This document shows positions 35,304 to 45,536 of a stretch of DNA of 64,000 nt, in pieces (position 1 is the stretch's first letter; each line of letters starts with the position of its first letter). The DNA is from a bacterium (GTDB lineage Bacteria > Krumholzibacteriota > Krumholzibacteriia > LZORAL124-64-63): assembly GCA_020440705.1 (NCBI GenBank), contig JAGRNP010000006.1, positions 1,404 through 65,403 on the forward strand, in the 5' to 3' direction. The position numbers and the translations under genes were made by a program. The notes beneath the pieces are model-generated. The model saw only the letters and a list, made by a program, of their open reading frames with translations, ran no database searches and was not told the origin of the DNA.

Positions 35304-37739
35304 ATGGCCTACGATCCGGCGAAGATCGAGCCCAAATGGCAGCAGCACTGGGACGCCCACGAGACCTTCCGGGCGCCCAACCCCGGCGAGGGCGACGCCG
35401 CCCGCAGGCCCAAGTACTACGTGCTGGACATGTTCCCCTACCCGAGCGGCAACGGCCTGCACGTGGGGCACCCCGAGGGCTACACGGCGACCGACATCGT
35501 CGCGCGCTACAAGCGCATGACCGGGCACAACGTGCTGCACCCCATGGGCTGGGACAGCTTCGGCCTGCCGGCGGAGAACCACGCCATCAAGACGGGCACG
35601 CATCCGGCGGTGACGACGAAGCAGAACATCGCCAATTTCAAGCGACAGTTGAAGATGCTCGGTTTCAGCTACGACTGGAGCCGCGAGGTCGCCACCTCCG
35701 ATCCCGACTACTTCCGCTGGACCCAGTGGATCTTCACCCGGCTGTACGATCAGGGTCTGGCCTACGAGGGCGAGATGGCCGTCAACTGGTGCCCCGCGCT
35801 GGGCACGGTGCTGGCCAACGAAGAGGTGAAGGACGGCCTGAGCGAGGTGGGCGGCCACCCGGTGATCCGCAAGCCCATGAAGCAGTGGATGCTGAGGATC
35901 ACCGCCTATGCGCAAAGGCTGCTGGACGACCTCGAGGACCTGGACTGGCCCGAGTACATCAAGGACCTGCAGCGGAACTGGATCGGCCGCAGCGAGGGGG
36001 CCGAGGTCGATTTCGCGGTCGAGGGTCACGATCAAAAACTGCGCATCTTCACCACCCGCCCCGATACGCTCTTCGGCGCCACCTACATGGTGCTGAGCCC
36101 GGAGCACCCGCGGGTCGACCGGTTCACCACCGACGCCCAGCGCGGGGCCGTGGCCGCCTACAAGGCCGAGGCCGCCGCCAAGAGCGACCGCGACCGCCAG
36201 ATCGCCAAGGAGAAGACGGGCTGCTTCACCGGCGCGTACGCGATCAATCCGGCCAACGGGGAGCGCATTCCCATCTGGGTGGCCGACTACGTGATGATGG
36301 GCTACGGCACGGGCGCGATCATGGCCGTGCCCGGCCAGGACGAGCGCGACTGGGAGTTCGCCGAGAAGTTCGACCTGCCCATCGTGCGCACCGTGCAGGT
36401 GCCCGCGGGGTGGGAGGGCAAGGCCTTCACCGAGGATGGTCCGGCCATCAACAGCGGCTTCCTCGACGGGATGGGCGTGGCGGAAGCCAAGGCCCGCATG
36501 ACCGACTGGCTGGTGGAAAAGGGTCTGGGCGAGCGCAAGATCAACTTCAAGCTGCGCGATTGGCTGTTCTCGCGGCAGCGCTACTGGGGCGAACCCTTCC
36601 CGCTGCTGAAGCTCGCGGATGGATCGGTGCGCCTGATGGGCGAGGACGAGCTGCCCCTGACCCTGCCCGAGGTCGAGAGGTACGAGCCGTCCGGCACGGG
36701 CGAGGGCCCGCTGGCCACCATCACCGAGTGGATGGAGATCGACGATCCGGTGTCGGGGCAGAAGGCCACCCGCGAGTCGAACACCATGCCCCAGTGGGCG
36801 GGCTCGTGCTGGTACTACCTGCGCTTCATGGATCCGCGCAATTCCGAGCAGGCGTGGGATCCCGAGCTGGAGAAGTACTGGGGGCCGGTCGACCTGTACC
36901 TCGGCGGCACCGAGCACGCCGTGCTGCACCTGCTGTACGCGCGCTTCTGGCACAAGGTGCTGTTCGACCTGGGCCTGGTCTCGACCACCGAGCCGTTCCG
37001 CAAGCTGCGCAACCAGGGCATGATCCTGGGCGAGAACGGCGACAAGATGAGCAAGAGCCGCGGCAACGTCGTCAACCCCGACGACGTGATCGCCGACCAG
37101 GGCGCCGATGCGCTGCGCCTGTACCTGATGTTCCTGGGCCCGCTGGAGCGCGACAAGCCCTGGAACACCAAGGGCATCGAGGGGGTGCGCCGCTTCCTGG
37201 ACCGCGTGTGGCGCCTGTACTGCGACGACGAGACCGACGCGCTGCTGCCCGCCGTGCAGGACGTCGCCCCGGCGGACGACGCCCTCAAGGTGCTGCACCG
37301 GACCATCGACGCCGTGACGACCATGACCGACGACCTGCGCTTCAACACCGCCATCAGCCAGATGATGGTCTTCGTCAACGAGATGACGGCGCTGGAGGTG
37401 CGGCCGCGGGCCGTGCTCGAGCCCTTCGTGGTGATGCTGGGCGCCTATGCGCCGCACCTGGCCGAGGAGCTGTGGCAGAAGCTGGGCCACGGCGAATCGC
37501 TGGCCTACGCGACCTGGCCGACCGCCGATCCGCGCTACCTGGTCGAGGACCTGATCACCGTCGTGGTGCAGGTCAACGGCAAGGTGCGCGACCAGTTGGA
37601 CGTGCCGGCGGACATCGCCCAGGACGAGATCATCGCCCAGGCGCTGGCCGGAGAGAAGATCCGGGCGTGGACGGATGGGAAGACCGTCGTGAAGACGATC
37701 TACGTGCCGGGGAAGCTGGTGAGCGTGGTGGTGAAGTGA
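35304..37739 (+). CDS. leuS: Leucine--tRNA ligase
   Basis: MFPYPSG, HVGH (HIGH), KMSKSRGN and C-terminal VQVNGKVR. Confidence 0.98.
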   Translation: MAYDPAKIEPKWQQHWDAHETFRAPNPGEGDAARRPKYYVLDMFPYPSGNGLHVGHPEGYTATDIVARYKRMTGHNVLHPMGWDSFGLPAENHAIKTGTHPAVTTKQNIANFKRQLKMLGFSYDWSREVATSDPDYFRWTQWIFTRLYDQGLAYEGEMAVNWCPALGTVLANEEVKDGLSEVGGHPVIRKPMKQWMLRITAYAQRLLDDLEDLDWPEYIKDLQRNWIGRSEGAEVDFAVEGHDQKLRIFTTRPDTLFGATYMVLSPEHPRVDRFTTDAQRGAVAAYKAEAAAKSDRDRQIAKEKTGCFTGAYAINPANGERIPIWVADYVMMGYGTGAIMAVPGQDERDWEFAEKFDLPIVRTVQVPAGWEGKAFTEDGPAINSGFLDGMGVAEAKARMTDWLVEKGLGERKINFKLRDWLFSRQRYWGEPFPLLKLADGSVRLMGEDELPLTLPEVERYEPSGTGEGPLATITEWMEIDDPVSGQKATRESNTMPQWAGSCWYYLRFMDPRNSEQAWDPELEKYWGPVDLYLGGTEHAVLHLLYARFWHKVLFDLGLVSTTEPFRKLRNQGMILGENGDKMSKSRGNVVNPDDVIADQGADALRLYLMFLGPLERDKPWNTKGIEGVRRFLDRVWRLYCDDETDALLPAVQDVAPADDALKVLHRTIDAVTTMTDDLRFNTAISQMMVFVNEMTALEVRPRAVLEPFVVMLGAYAPHLAEELWQKLGHGESLAYATWPTADPRYLVEDLITVVVQVNGKVRDQLDVPADIAQDEIIAQALAGEKIRAWTDGKTVVKTIYVPGKLVSVVVK

Positions 37740-37854
37740 GAGCGGGGGGCGGGCCGAAGGGGGCGAGCGGACTGCCATCTATCCAAAACTAAAATTATCC
37801 GGTATAGTCGTCGAGCAGTCCCGGCCCACCGTCCGACCAGAGGGAGGCTCGACC

Positions 37855-40290
37855 ATGAAACCCCGTATCACCACCTTCATCGTTCTCGGCCTGCTGGCCG
37901 CGGCGCCCGTCCGCGCCGAATGGCCCCACGACCCCTACACAGGCAACCCCATCGACGTCACCCCCGCCGGATGCGGCCTCCAGAGGACCGTCGCCGACGG
38001 TGCCGGGGGCGCGTTCGTCATCTACCAGCAGGCCCCCGACGGCGGGGACGGCGCCTACGATCTGCTGGTCCGCAGGGTGGACCATCAGGGCGAACTGGTC
38101 TGGGGAGGGGCGGTCCTGGTCCATGACGGCACCCCGACGTCGAGCCTCGCTTCGCTCGAGGCGGTTTCCGACGGCGCCGGCGGCGTCCTGGTGGTCTACA
38201 GCTACCTTGCCGGCGGGACGTTCTACCCGCAGTCGGTCCAGCGCATCAGCGGCACCGGCAGCCTGCTCTGGGGGCCCGGCGGCACGGCCGCCATCGCCGG
38301 TCCGGCCACGTTCTCCACCTCCGATCCGCAGATCGCAGCCGACGGCGCCGGCGGGGCCTTCCTGGTGTGGCAGGATTCCCGCAACTACGGTTCGTCGAAC
38401 AACGACATCTGGGCCCAGCGTTTCGATGCCGGCGGCAGCCGGCAGTGGGGGGCCAGCGGCGTGGCGGTGTGCGGGGCCGTCCAGAACCAGTACCAGGCCG
38501 TCGTGTGCGCCGACGATGCGGGCGGGGCCATCGTGGCCTGGGCCGACTACCGTTCGGGCACGGACTACGACATCTACGGGCAGCGGCTGGCGGCGAACGG
38601 CTCGCCCCTGTGGTCGGTCGACGGAAAGCGCCTGTACGTCAACGGCGCCGAAACCGACATCGACCCCGTCCTGGTGCCCGCGGGAATCGGCTCGGAGTTC
38701 TTCCTGGTCAACCGCAGGTACGAGGCGCCGGCCTACAACGTCCAGTGCGCGCGGTACACCGCGCTGGGAGACGCCTACTGGTATACCTACGTATCCGGTG
38801 ATCCCGGCATCTGGCAGTACGATCCTGCGGCGATCGGCGACGGCAACGGCGGCGTCTTCGTGGTCTGGCGCGACGCGCGGGACAACGGCTACGCCGGCTA
38901 CCAGCTGTACGCGCAGCACCTCGGTGCGGGAGGCAATGCCCAGTTCGCCAGCAGTGGTACCCTCGTCGCACCTGCTGCCGGCAGCCAGTACGACCCGAGC
39001 CTGGCGCTCGACGGGACGGGCGGACTGCTCGTCGCCTGGGAGGACCTGCGGAACATCAACAGCGACATCTACGGGCAGCGCCTCAGCCCCACCGGTGCGA
39101 GGATGTGGGACTACTCGGGGACGCCGATCAGCCAGATCAACTCCGAAGACGACAAACCGGCCGCCGTGGCCGACGGCGCCGGCGGCATGATCGTCGGGTT
39201 CACCTCCTACCAGTTCGGCTACTACAAGAATCTCTTCGCCCAGCGGATCGGCTACCACGGCCGGCTCGGCTTCGCCAATCCGACCCTCACCGCCGTGACC
39301 GATCTGCCCCAGGACCAGGGCGGCCGCGTGCGCCTGGACTGGGACCGGAGCTATCTCGACGACTACAGCTACATGGACATCAGCGACTACACCGTCTGGC
39401 AGCGCTATGGCGGCGGGGCCAAGGGCCTGGCGCCGACCGGCGCGGACCAGGATCCGGCGCACGTGGCCGAGGTCACCGGTCTGGCCCCCGCGGCCGCCGC
39501 CGCGCGGCTGGCCGCCGGTTGGCTGCTGCTGGACCACGTCACGCCGTACCTGCGCGAGTCCTACGCCTACGACGCATCGACCTACGCCGATTCGACCGCG
39601 GCGGGCATCGTATGGACCGAGTTCCAGATCCTGGCCCACGCCAGCCAGTTCTTCTTCTGGGAGTCGAACATCGTGGCCGGCTATTCGGTCGACAATCTGG
39701 CGCCGGGTATGCCCCTGGCGCTTTCGGCCAGCTGGGTCGCGCCGGACGGGCTGCTCGCCTGGTCGCCGGGCACCGTCAGTGTGCCCGACCTGCAGGGCTA
39801 TCGCCTGTATCGCTCGGCCACGCCGGGGTTCGTGCCCGGCCCGGCCACGTTCATCGGCACGACCACCGACACCACGTTCGTCGATCCGGCCCTGGCCGGC
39901 GGCGACTGGTACTACCGCGTGACCGCCCGGGACATCCACGACAACGAGAGCGAGCCGAGCAACGAGGCGCAGTTGCTGGCGGCCTCCGGGGTGGGGGACG
40001 ACGCGCTGCCGGCCGCCTTCCGCCTGGCGGCGGCGGTGCCCAACCCGTTCAACCCGTCGACTCTCGTGCGGTTCAGCCTGGCCCAGGACGGACCGGCCGC
40101 AGTCGATGTCCTCGACCTGCAGGGCCGGCACGTGCGCACGCTCGTGGCCGGGGCGATGTCCGCGGGCGAGCAGACCGTCCGCTGGGATGGTCGCGACGAT
40201 GCGGGCCGCGGCGTGTCCTCGGGCGCCTATTTCATCCGCCTGCGGGCGGGTGACCGGATCGCGACCCGCAAGGTGACCCTCATGAAGTAG
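37855..40290 (+). CDS. Secreted repeat (probable beta-propeller) protein with Fn3-like and FlgD-Ig/T9SS-like C-terminal domains
   Basis: Signal peptide, seven DGxGG-type repeats, YRLYRS...YYRVTA Fn3-like region, VPNPFNP...RKVTLMK. Confidence 0.85.
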   Translation: MKPRITTFIVLGLLAAAPVRAEWPHDPYTGNPIDVTPAGCGLQRTVADGAGGAFVIYQQAPDGGDGAYDLLVRRVDHQGELVWGGAVLVHDGTPTSSLASLEAVSDGAGGVLVVYSYLAGGTFYPQSVQRISGTGSLLWGPGGTAAIAGPATFSTSDPQIAADGAGGAFLVWQDSRNYGSSNNDIWAQRFDAGGSRQWGASGVAVCGAVQNQYQAVVCADDAGGAIVAWADYRSGTDYDIYGQRLAANGSPLWSVDGKRLYVNGAETDIDPVLVPAGIGSEFFLVNRRYEAPAYNVQCARYTALGDAYWYTYVSGDPGIWQYDPAAIGDGNGGVFVVWRDARDNGYAGYQLYAQHLGAGGNAQFASSGTLVAPAAGSQYDPSLALDGTGGLLVAWEDLRNINSDIYGQRLSPTGARMWDYSGTPISQINSEDDKPAAVADGAGGMIVGFTSYQFGYYKNLFAQRIGYHGRLGFANPTLTAVTDLPQDQGGRVRLDWDRSYLDDYSYMDISDYTVWQRYGGGAKGLAPTGADQDPAHVAEVTGLAPAAAAARLAAGWLLLDHVTPYLRESYAYDASTYADSTAAGIVWTEFQILAHASQFFFWESNIVAGYSVDNLAPGMPLALSASWVAPDGLLAWSPGTVSVPDLQGYRLYRSATPGFVPGPATFIGTTTDTTFVDPALAGGDWYYRVTARDIHDNESEPSNEAQLLAASGVGDDALPAAFRLAAAVPNPFNPSTLVRFSLAQDGPAAVDVLDLQGRHVRTLVAGAMSAGEQTVRWDGRDDAGRGVSSGAYFIRLRAGDRIATRKVTLMK

Positions 40291-40435
40291 CCGCCATCCG
40301 CGTCGGAGCAGGCAGCGGCCCGGGTCTTTCCGACCCGGGCCGCGCCCGTCCGGGCGGGGAGCCCCGGCGGGACCGAATCCGGTTCGGCGGAAACTTCCAT
40401 TGGAATCCGGCGCCGAATCGCTTATTCGTTGCATC

Positions 40436-42223
40436 ATGCGCATCAAGTCCAACACCATCATCAGCGGCATCTTCGCCGCGGCCCTGCTGTCGGCCGCCGT
40501 CCTGGCCATCCACTTCCTGCGGCTGCCGGTGGCGCCGGCCTCGGACGCGGAACGGATCGCCGACGTGCTCCCGCCTTCTCCGCCCGCGCCCTGGCTGCCC
40601 CGCCTCGCGGCGCCGCGGGCCGTGCTCGTGCTCGACGTGTCCGGCAGCATGGGCGTCGTCAACCGGCCGGCTGATCCCGGGCGCCTGCAGACGGTGGCGG
40701 CGCTGCGGTTCTTCGACAGCTACGTCCGGATGTGGCGCGAGATCGCCGGGGACGACGCTGCCGGCGCGGGGATCGCCGTGGTGCTGTTCGGCACCGTGGC
40801 CCAGACCATCGACTGGAGCGGCGACGGCGAGCTCTTCCTGCCGGTGACCGAGGCGAACCGCCGGCGCTTCACCGACGGCCTCGTCCGCTATCTCGGGCGG
40901 CCCCTCGCGTGGGGCGGCGATGCCGGCGAGGATCCGCGCCGGGCGCAGGACTCGGACTACGCCGCGGCGCTGGACGCCGTGGCCGACCTCGTGGCCGACG
41001 CGCCGAGTCCGCCGGCGGTGCTCTTCATGACCGACGGCGCCATGGATCCCCATCCCTGCTTCACGCCGCTGCTCTCGGCGGCCGTGCGCGAGCGCTACCG
41101 CAGCTGCGACCGGCGCGGCGAGGTGCCCGCCACCCTGGCGGCGGTCGGCGGCCCGCCGATCTTCGACCGGCGCGCGGGCGAGAAGCCCATCAACAAGTCC
41201 GACATGCCTCCGAACCTCGACATCGACGCCGGTGTCGCCGAACGCCTCGGGCGGCTGCTGGACGCCCGCTTCCCGGTGGCGGGGAAGGGGGGCGACGAGG
41301 CGGCGCCGCTGGCGTGGTTCCCCATCTACCTGGACACGCGACCGTGGCGCTCCGACCTGGTGGCCGTGCGCCGGATGCTGTCCGGCGACGAGGCCAACGC
41401 CCGCTTCTGGGGCACCGAGCCGGGGGTGACCCACTGCCGCAGCGCCGACGAGCTCGCCGGCCACTTCGTCGCGGCTTTCGCCCGCTGGTTCCACATGAGC
41501 GCGCTGGAGATCGCGCCGGGCGGGACGCGCTTCCGCGTGCCGGACGACACCCGCGCCCTCGTGGTGCAGGCCGCCGCCGACGCGCCGCTGAAGTCGCTGC
41601 GGCTGGTGCGCGGCGACCGCGCCGTCGATCTCGCCGGCCGGGGCCGCTTCTGGACCGGCGTGCTGGCCGACGACACCGCCGGCGACTGGGTCCTGGTGCC
41701 GGGCGGCGGCAACCTGGTGCAGGCGTCGGTCTATCTCGAACCGAGCTACGGCTGGACCCTGGCCGTGCCCACGGTGTGCCGCGAGGGCTCGGCCGGGGAA
41801 CTGCCCGAGGCCCGGCTCTACATGTGCCGCTTCGCCGACGGCACGGCCGTGGCGGGCGGCGAGGTGTACGGCAACCTGCCGGCGCAGCTGCCCGGCTCCA
41901 TCCGGCGCGATTCGGGTGAGGTCCTGCCGCTGGACTTCGCGTTGGCGGTGGAAAGCGGCGAGGGCCCCCGGGCGACCTACGTCGCCGCCCTGCCCGTGGC
42001 CCGGCTGAGCGAAGGCCCGGCGCTGGTCACGGTGCGGCTCGACACGCTGCTGAGCCTGGGGATCCCTGTGCGCGACCCGGCGCAGTCGCGTCCGGTCGCC
42101 GTCGAGTCCCTGACCCGCCTGGTGGTGACCGACGGCGAGGGGCGCCGCCTGCCCGGCTTCTCGCTGGAGGGCGTCCCGCACGCGCCGGGCTGGACGGCCG
42201 GCCTGAGGGGGGATGCGCCATGA
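40436..42223 (+). CDS. Membrane-anchored von Willebrand factor A domain protein
   Basis: N-terminal TM, MIDAS VLVLDVSGSM, FMTDG, beta-rich C-terminal half. Confidence 0.75.
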   Translation: MRIKSNTIISGIFAAALLSAAVLAIHFLRLPVAPASDAERIADVLPPSPPAPWLPRLAAPRAVLVLDVSGSMGVVNRPADPGRLQTVAALRFFDSYVRMWREIAGDDAAGAGIAVVLFGTVAQTIDWSGDGELFLPVTEANRRRFTDGLVRYLGRPLAWGGDAGEDPRRAQDSDYAAALDAVADLVADAPSPPAVLFMTDGAMDPHPCFTPLLSAAVRERYRSCDRRGEVPATLAAVGGPPIFDRRAGEKPINKSDMPPNLDIDAGVAERLGRLLDARFPVAGKGGDEAAPLAWFPIYLDTRPWRSDLVAVRRMLSGDEANARFWGTEPGVTHCRSADELAGHFVAAFARWFHMSALEIAPGGTRFRVPDDTRALVVQAAADAPLKSLRLVRGDRAVDLAGRGRFWTGVLADDTAGDWVLVPGGGNLVQASVYLEPSYGWTLAVPTVCREGSAGELPEARLYMCRFADGTAVAGGEVYGNLPAQLPGSIRRDSGEVLPLDFALAVESGEGPRATYVAALPVARLSEGPALVTVRLDTLLSLGIPVRDPAQSRPVAVESLTRLVVTDGEGRRLPGFSLEGVPHAPGWTAGLRGDAP

Positions 42224-43218
42224 TGACCTCCCTCGTGCCGAACGCCGGTGCCCTGGCGCTCGCCCGACGCCGGGCGGCCGCGCGCATCGGTCTGGTCTTC
42301 GCACTGCTGGCCTTGCTGACGGCCCTGTTCTTCGCGCTGAACCTCTACGTGCTGCTGCGGATCCAGCCGCGTCCGTTCACGCTGGACCTGCAGTCGAGCC
42401 ACTACGAGCTGAGCACGTCCGGCGCGGTGCTGACCTTCGTCTGGGACGGGCCGGAGAGCGGCGACGGGCCCGCCCCGGCGGAGCGGCCGCGCCTCGTGGT
42501 GGCCGGCGCACAGCTGGTTCCCGGTCGACCGGGCGTCGATACAGGGGCCGTGGGTGTACCCCTGCTCGGCCCGGTCGAGGTGGCGGTCGTCATCCCGGCC
42601 CGCGTCGCGCCGGGGCGCCACTCCGGGCACTTCGTGCTGCAGCTGCCCGCCGTGGATCCGGCCGCCTGGCCCACGGCGCCGCTCGTGGTCGCCTTCACCG
42701 ACAACCCCTGGGCCGTGTGGTCCGTCCTGCGCGCCTGGCTGGTGGTGGCCGCGATCCTCGCGGTGGCGGCCTACGCCCTCTGCCGGACGCTCTTCCCGGC
42801 GCCGTCCGGTGCCGTGTTCATCAGCCGGTCGCTGTCCTCGGTCACGCCCCACGGCTCGGGCTCCACGCGCCGGGGCGTGCGCCTGCGGATGGGGCCGCTC
42901 GCGGCGCTGTTCCCGTGGCGCCGGGCCCGGCTGCAGCTGGAGGACATCCTCGACCAGGGCGGGGTCGCCCTGCTCAACTGCCCCGGCGGCACGCTGTGGT
43001 TCACGGCCGCGCAGGCGGCGCCGGTGCTGCTGATCAAGCCCAACCAGGGCACGCCGCTCTACCGCCGCGAGATCTCGCGCGAGGATCCGGACCCCAAGGG
43101 CATGGACACGGTGCTCGCCGACGAGGAGATGCTGCCCGACCGCGAGTACCTGTTCATGGATCCGCTGGCCAAGAGCTGGGTGTCGTTCAACTGGGCGCCC
43201 AAGGGCTCGGAGTCGTAA
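42220..43218 (+). CDS. Hypothetical two-TM membrane protein coupled to the vWA gene
   Basis: ATGA overlap with the vWA stop. TM - beta-rich region - TM - soluble C-terminal domain. Confidence 0.65.
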   Translation: MMTSLVPNAGALALARRRAAARIGLVFALLALLTALFFALNLYVLLRIQPRPFTLDLQSSHYELSTSGAVLTFVWDGPESGDGPAPAERPRLVVAGAQLVPGRPGVDTGAVGVPLLGPVEVAVVIPARVAPGRHSGHFVLQLPAVDPAAWPTAPLVVAFTDNPWAVWSVLRAWLVVAAILAVAAYALCRTLFPAPSGAVFISRSLSSVTPHGSGSTRRGVRLRMGPLAALFPWRRARLQLEDILDQGGVALLNCPGGTLWFTAAQAAPVLLIKPNQGTPLYRREISREDPDPKGMDTVLADEEMLPDREYLFMDPLAKSWVSFNWAPKGSES

Positions 43219-43266
43219 CCGGCCGGCGGCGACGCCGCCGCTCGACCGGCGCGCGGCCCGGCCGGA

Positions 43267-43295
43267 TTGACAGGGCTGCCCGGGTCGGCTAGCAT
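43267..43295 (+). promoter_or_regulatory. Sigma70-type promoter
   Basis: TTGACA-N17-TAGCAT, consensus -35. Confidence 0.75.
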
Positions 43296-43331
43296 CACCC
43301 CTTCGAAACGGCTCATGCAAGGGGGAAAGCC

Positions 43332-43919
43332 ATGACCAGAACGCTCCTGCCGATCATCTTCCTGCTGCTGCCGGCCGCCGCCGGCGCGATCATCGATCCC
43401 ACGCCCGACGCCATCGGCATCTACTTCGACGCGACCGCGGACACCACCTGCGCCACGGTCGGCACCGCCGGGACGGTCGATGTCTACTACCTCATCACCA
43501 ACCCGACGGCGGCGGTGAGGAGGGTCATCGGGGAACGGCACGCCGAGTTCCCCACGGGCCTGGAAGGCCCGGTCCTGCCCGGTTCGCGGGGACTGCCCGA
43601 CGGGTGCTTCGACTGCATCGAGACGTCGCTCTACTGCACGGGCTGGATCGACGCCCAACTCGACCAGACCTGCAGCCCGCCGCTGGCGCCCGTCGACGGG
43701 GTCGTCATCGTCCGCAAGGTCAGCCTGACGTTCCTCGTGCCGACCGAGGTGGAGTTCTACCTGAGGCCGTCCGTTTACATCGACCCCGACGGTGGGGAGC
43801 ATGTGCTGTCCCCGAGCACCGGGGACTGGAACCTGCCCATGGCCACGATCAACGGCGACTGCGCGGTGGTGGGGGCGGAATCCGCCTCGTTCGGCGGGGT
43901 GAAGGCGCTGTACCGCTGA
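43332..43919 (+). CDS. Small secreted single-domain protein ending in a ...SFGGVKALYR tail
   Basis: Signal peptide ...AAAGA, domain IGIYFD...PMATING, C-terminal AESASFGGVKALYR. Confidence 0.8.
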   Translation: MTRTLLPIIFLLLPAAAGAIIDPTPDAIGIYFDATADTTCATVGTAGTVDVYYLITNPTAAVRRVIGERHAEFPTGLEGPVLPGSRGLPDGCFDCIETSLYCTGWIDAQLDQTCSPPLAPVDGVVIVRKVSLTFLVPTEVEFYLRPSVYIDPDGGEHVLSPSTGDWNLPMATINGDCAVVGAESASFGGVKALYR

Positions 43920-44046
43920 GTCCGGAGGGTTCCGGCCGCGACCCGGTCCCGCAGGGCCCGTCCACGGCCCGTTGCGGGCGAACCGGCCGCGGGACTATCT
44001 TGCCCGCCGCGACGGGGCACCACCCGCGAGGAAGGGCGAAGCGGTC

Positions 44047-45519
44047 ATGTCGAACAGAGGCGAAGCCGGATTCCCGGCGGCGCGCGGATTCCGCCGCGCC
44101 GTCCGCCGCCGCGCCCGACTCCTGCCGTTGGGGCTCGCCCTTCTCGGCCTGAGCGCCAGCGCCGCGCCGGCTGCCGCCCCGCCCTTCACCGACATCACTG
44201 TCGCCGCCGGCCTGGCCGATCCGGGCGCCGAGCGCGGCGTGGCCTGGGGAGACTACGACGGCGACGGCCGGCCCGACATCTTCATCGCCGTGCTCGACGG
44301 TCCGGACCGCCTCTACCGCAATCTCGGCGACGGCCGCTTCGCGGAGGTCCCCGGGCCCATGAACGATCCCGCCGGCCGTTCGGCCTGCGGGGCCTGGGGC
44401 GACTGGGACGGCGACGGCGACCTCGACCTCTTCGTGGGCCGGGTGGGCCCGAACGCCCTGTACCGCCAGGATCCGGACGGCTTCACCGACGTGCGGGCCG
44501 CCGCCGGCCTGTCCGACACCCTCGTGACCTGGGGCGCGGCCTGGAGCGACTTCGACGGCGACGGCCGTCTCGACCTCGCGGTGATCAACTTCGGGCTCCT
44601 GCCCAACAGCCTGTACCGCAACCTGGGAGATGGCCGCTTCGCCGACGTCGCCGCCGCGCTCGGGGTGGACGACGAGGGGCACGGCGCCACCGGCGCCTGG
44701 GGCGACTGGGACGGCGACGGCGACCTGGACCTCTTCGTGGCCAACAAGGACGGCGCCGACCGCCTCTTCCGCAACGAGGCGGGCGCGGGCTTCACCGACG
44801 TCACCGCGGCCGCCGGGATGCTCGAGGAGGGCGACAGCACGGGAGCCGTCTGGGGCGACGCCGACGGCGACGGCGACCTGGATCTCTTCGTGGCGCGCAA
44901 CCTCTCGGCCGACCGGCTCTTCCTCAACAACGGCGACGGCACCTTCGTCGAGGGTGCCGCGGCGGCAGGCCTGGCCTTCGCCGGCGCGAGCCGGGGCGGG
45001 GGCTGGGGCGACTGCGACAACGACGGCGACCTCGACCTCTTCCTCGCCGTGTCCGAGCAGCCCAGCCGCCTCTACCTGAACCTCGGCGACGGCCGCTTCG
45101 AGGAGGACGGCGCCGCGGCGGGCGTCGCCGAGGTGCCGGGCGCATCGGCGGCCTGGGCCGACCTCGACGGCGACGGCGACCTCGATCTGCTGCAGGGGAA
45201 TTTCGGCGGCCACCTGCGCTGCTTCGAGAATCGCCTGGAGACCGGCGCCGGCTGGCTCGCCGTCGATCTGCGCGGAGCGGGGGCGAACACCCGCGCCGTC
45301 GGCGCCACGGTGCGCGTCTTCGCCGGCGGGCGGGTGCTGCTGCGGCAGCAGACCATGGGCGGCGGCGGCTACCAGTCCCAGGCGCCGTCCCGCCTCCACT
45401 TCGGCCTCGGCGCCGCGCCCGTCGACTCGCTGGCCGTCACCTGGCCCGACGGGTCCGTGACGAAACAGGGCCCGACCCCCGGGGGCCGGACCCTGCGCCT
45501 CGTGCAACCGCGCGACTGA
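44047..45519 (+). CDS. FG-GAP/VCBS repeat protein with ASPIC/UnbV-like C-terminus (CRTAC1 family)
   Basis: Repeated W(G/S/A)D(Y/W/F/A/C/L)D(G/N)DG(D/R)xD motifs, C-terminal GATVRV...YQSQ...LHFGLG...VTWPDG. Confidence 0.88.
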   Translation: MSNRGEAGFPAARGFRRAVRRRARLLPLGLALLGLSASAAPAAAPPFTDITVAAGLADPGAERGVAWGDYDGDGRPDIFIAVLDGPDRLYRNLGDGRFAEVPGPMNDPAGRSACGAWGDWDGDGDLDLFVGRVGPNALYRQDPDGFTDVRAAAGLSDTLVTWGAAWSDFDGDGRLDLAVINFGLLPNSLYRNLGDGRFADVAAALGVDDEGHGATGAWGDWDGDGDLDLFVANKDGADRLFRNEAGAGFTDVTAAAGMLEEGDSTGAVWGDADGDGDLDLFVARNLSADRLFLNNGDGTFVEGAAAAGLAFAGASRGGGWGDCDNDGDLDLFLAVSEQPSRLYLNLGDGRFEEDGAAAGVAEVPGASAAWADLDGDGDLDLLQGNFGGHLRCFENRLETGAGWLAVDLRGAGANTRAVGATVRVFAGGRVLLRQQTMGGGGYQSQAPSRLHFGLGAAPVDSLAVTWPDGSVTKQGPTPGGRTLRLVQPRD

Positions 45520-45536
45520 GGTCGGCGGCAGCCGCC

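Noticed and set aside
37780-37810. AT-rich patch after leuS containing ttatcc, considered as an att site or DnaA box
   Set aside because: It matches neither a full DnaA box nor any repeat elsewhere in the window that I could find, and it contains a TATAGT -10 element, so a promoter is the simpler explanation.
44240-45200. Regularly spaced gactgggacggcgacggcgacctcgac-like repeats, superficially CRISPR-like
   Set aside because: They are in-frame FG-GAP/VCBS protein repeats with synonymous variation, and no cas genes are present.
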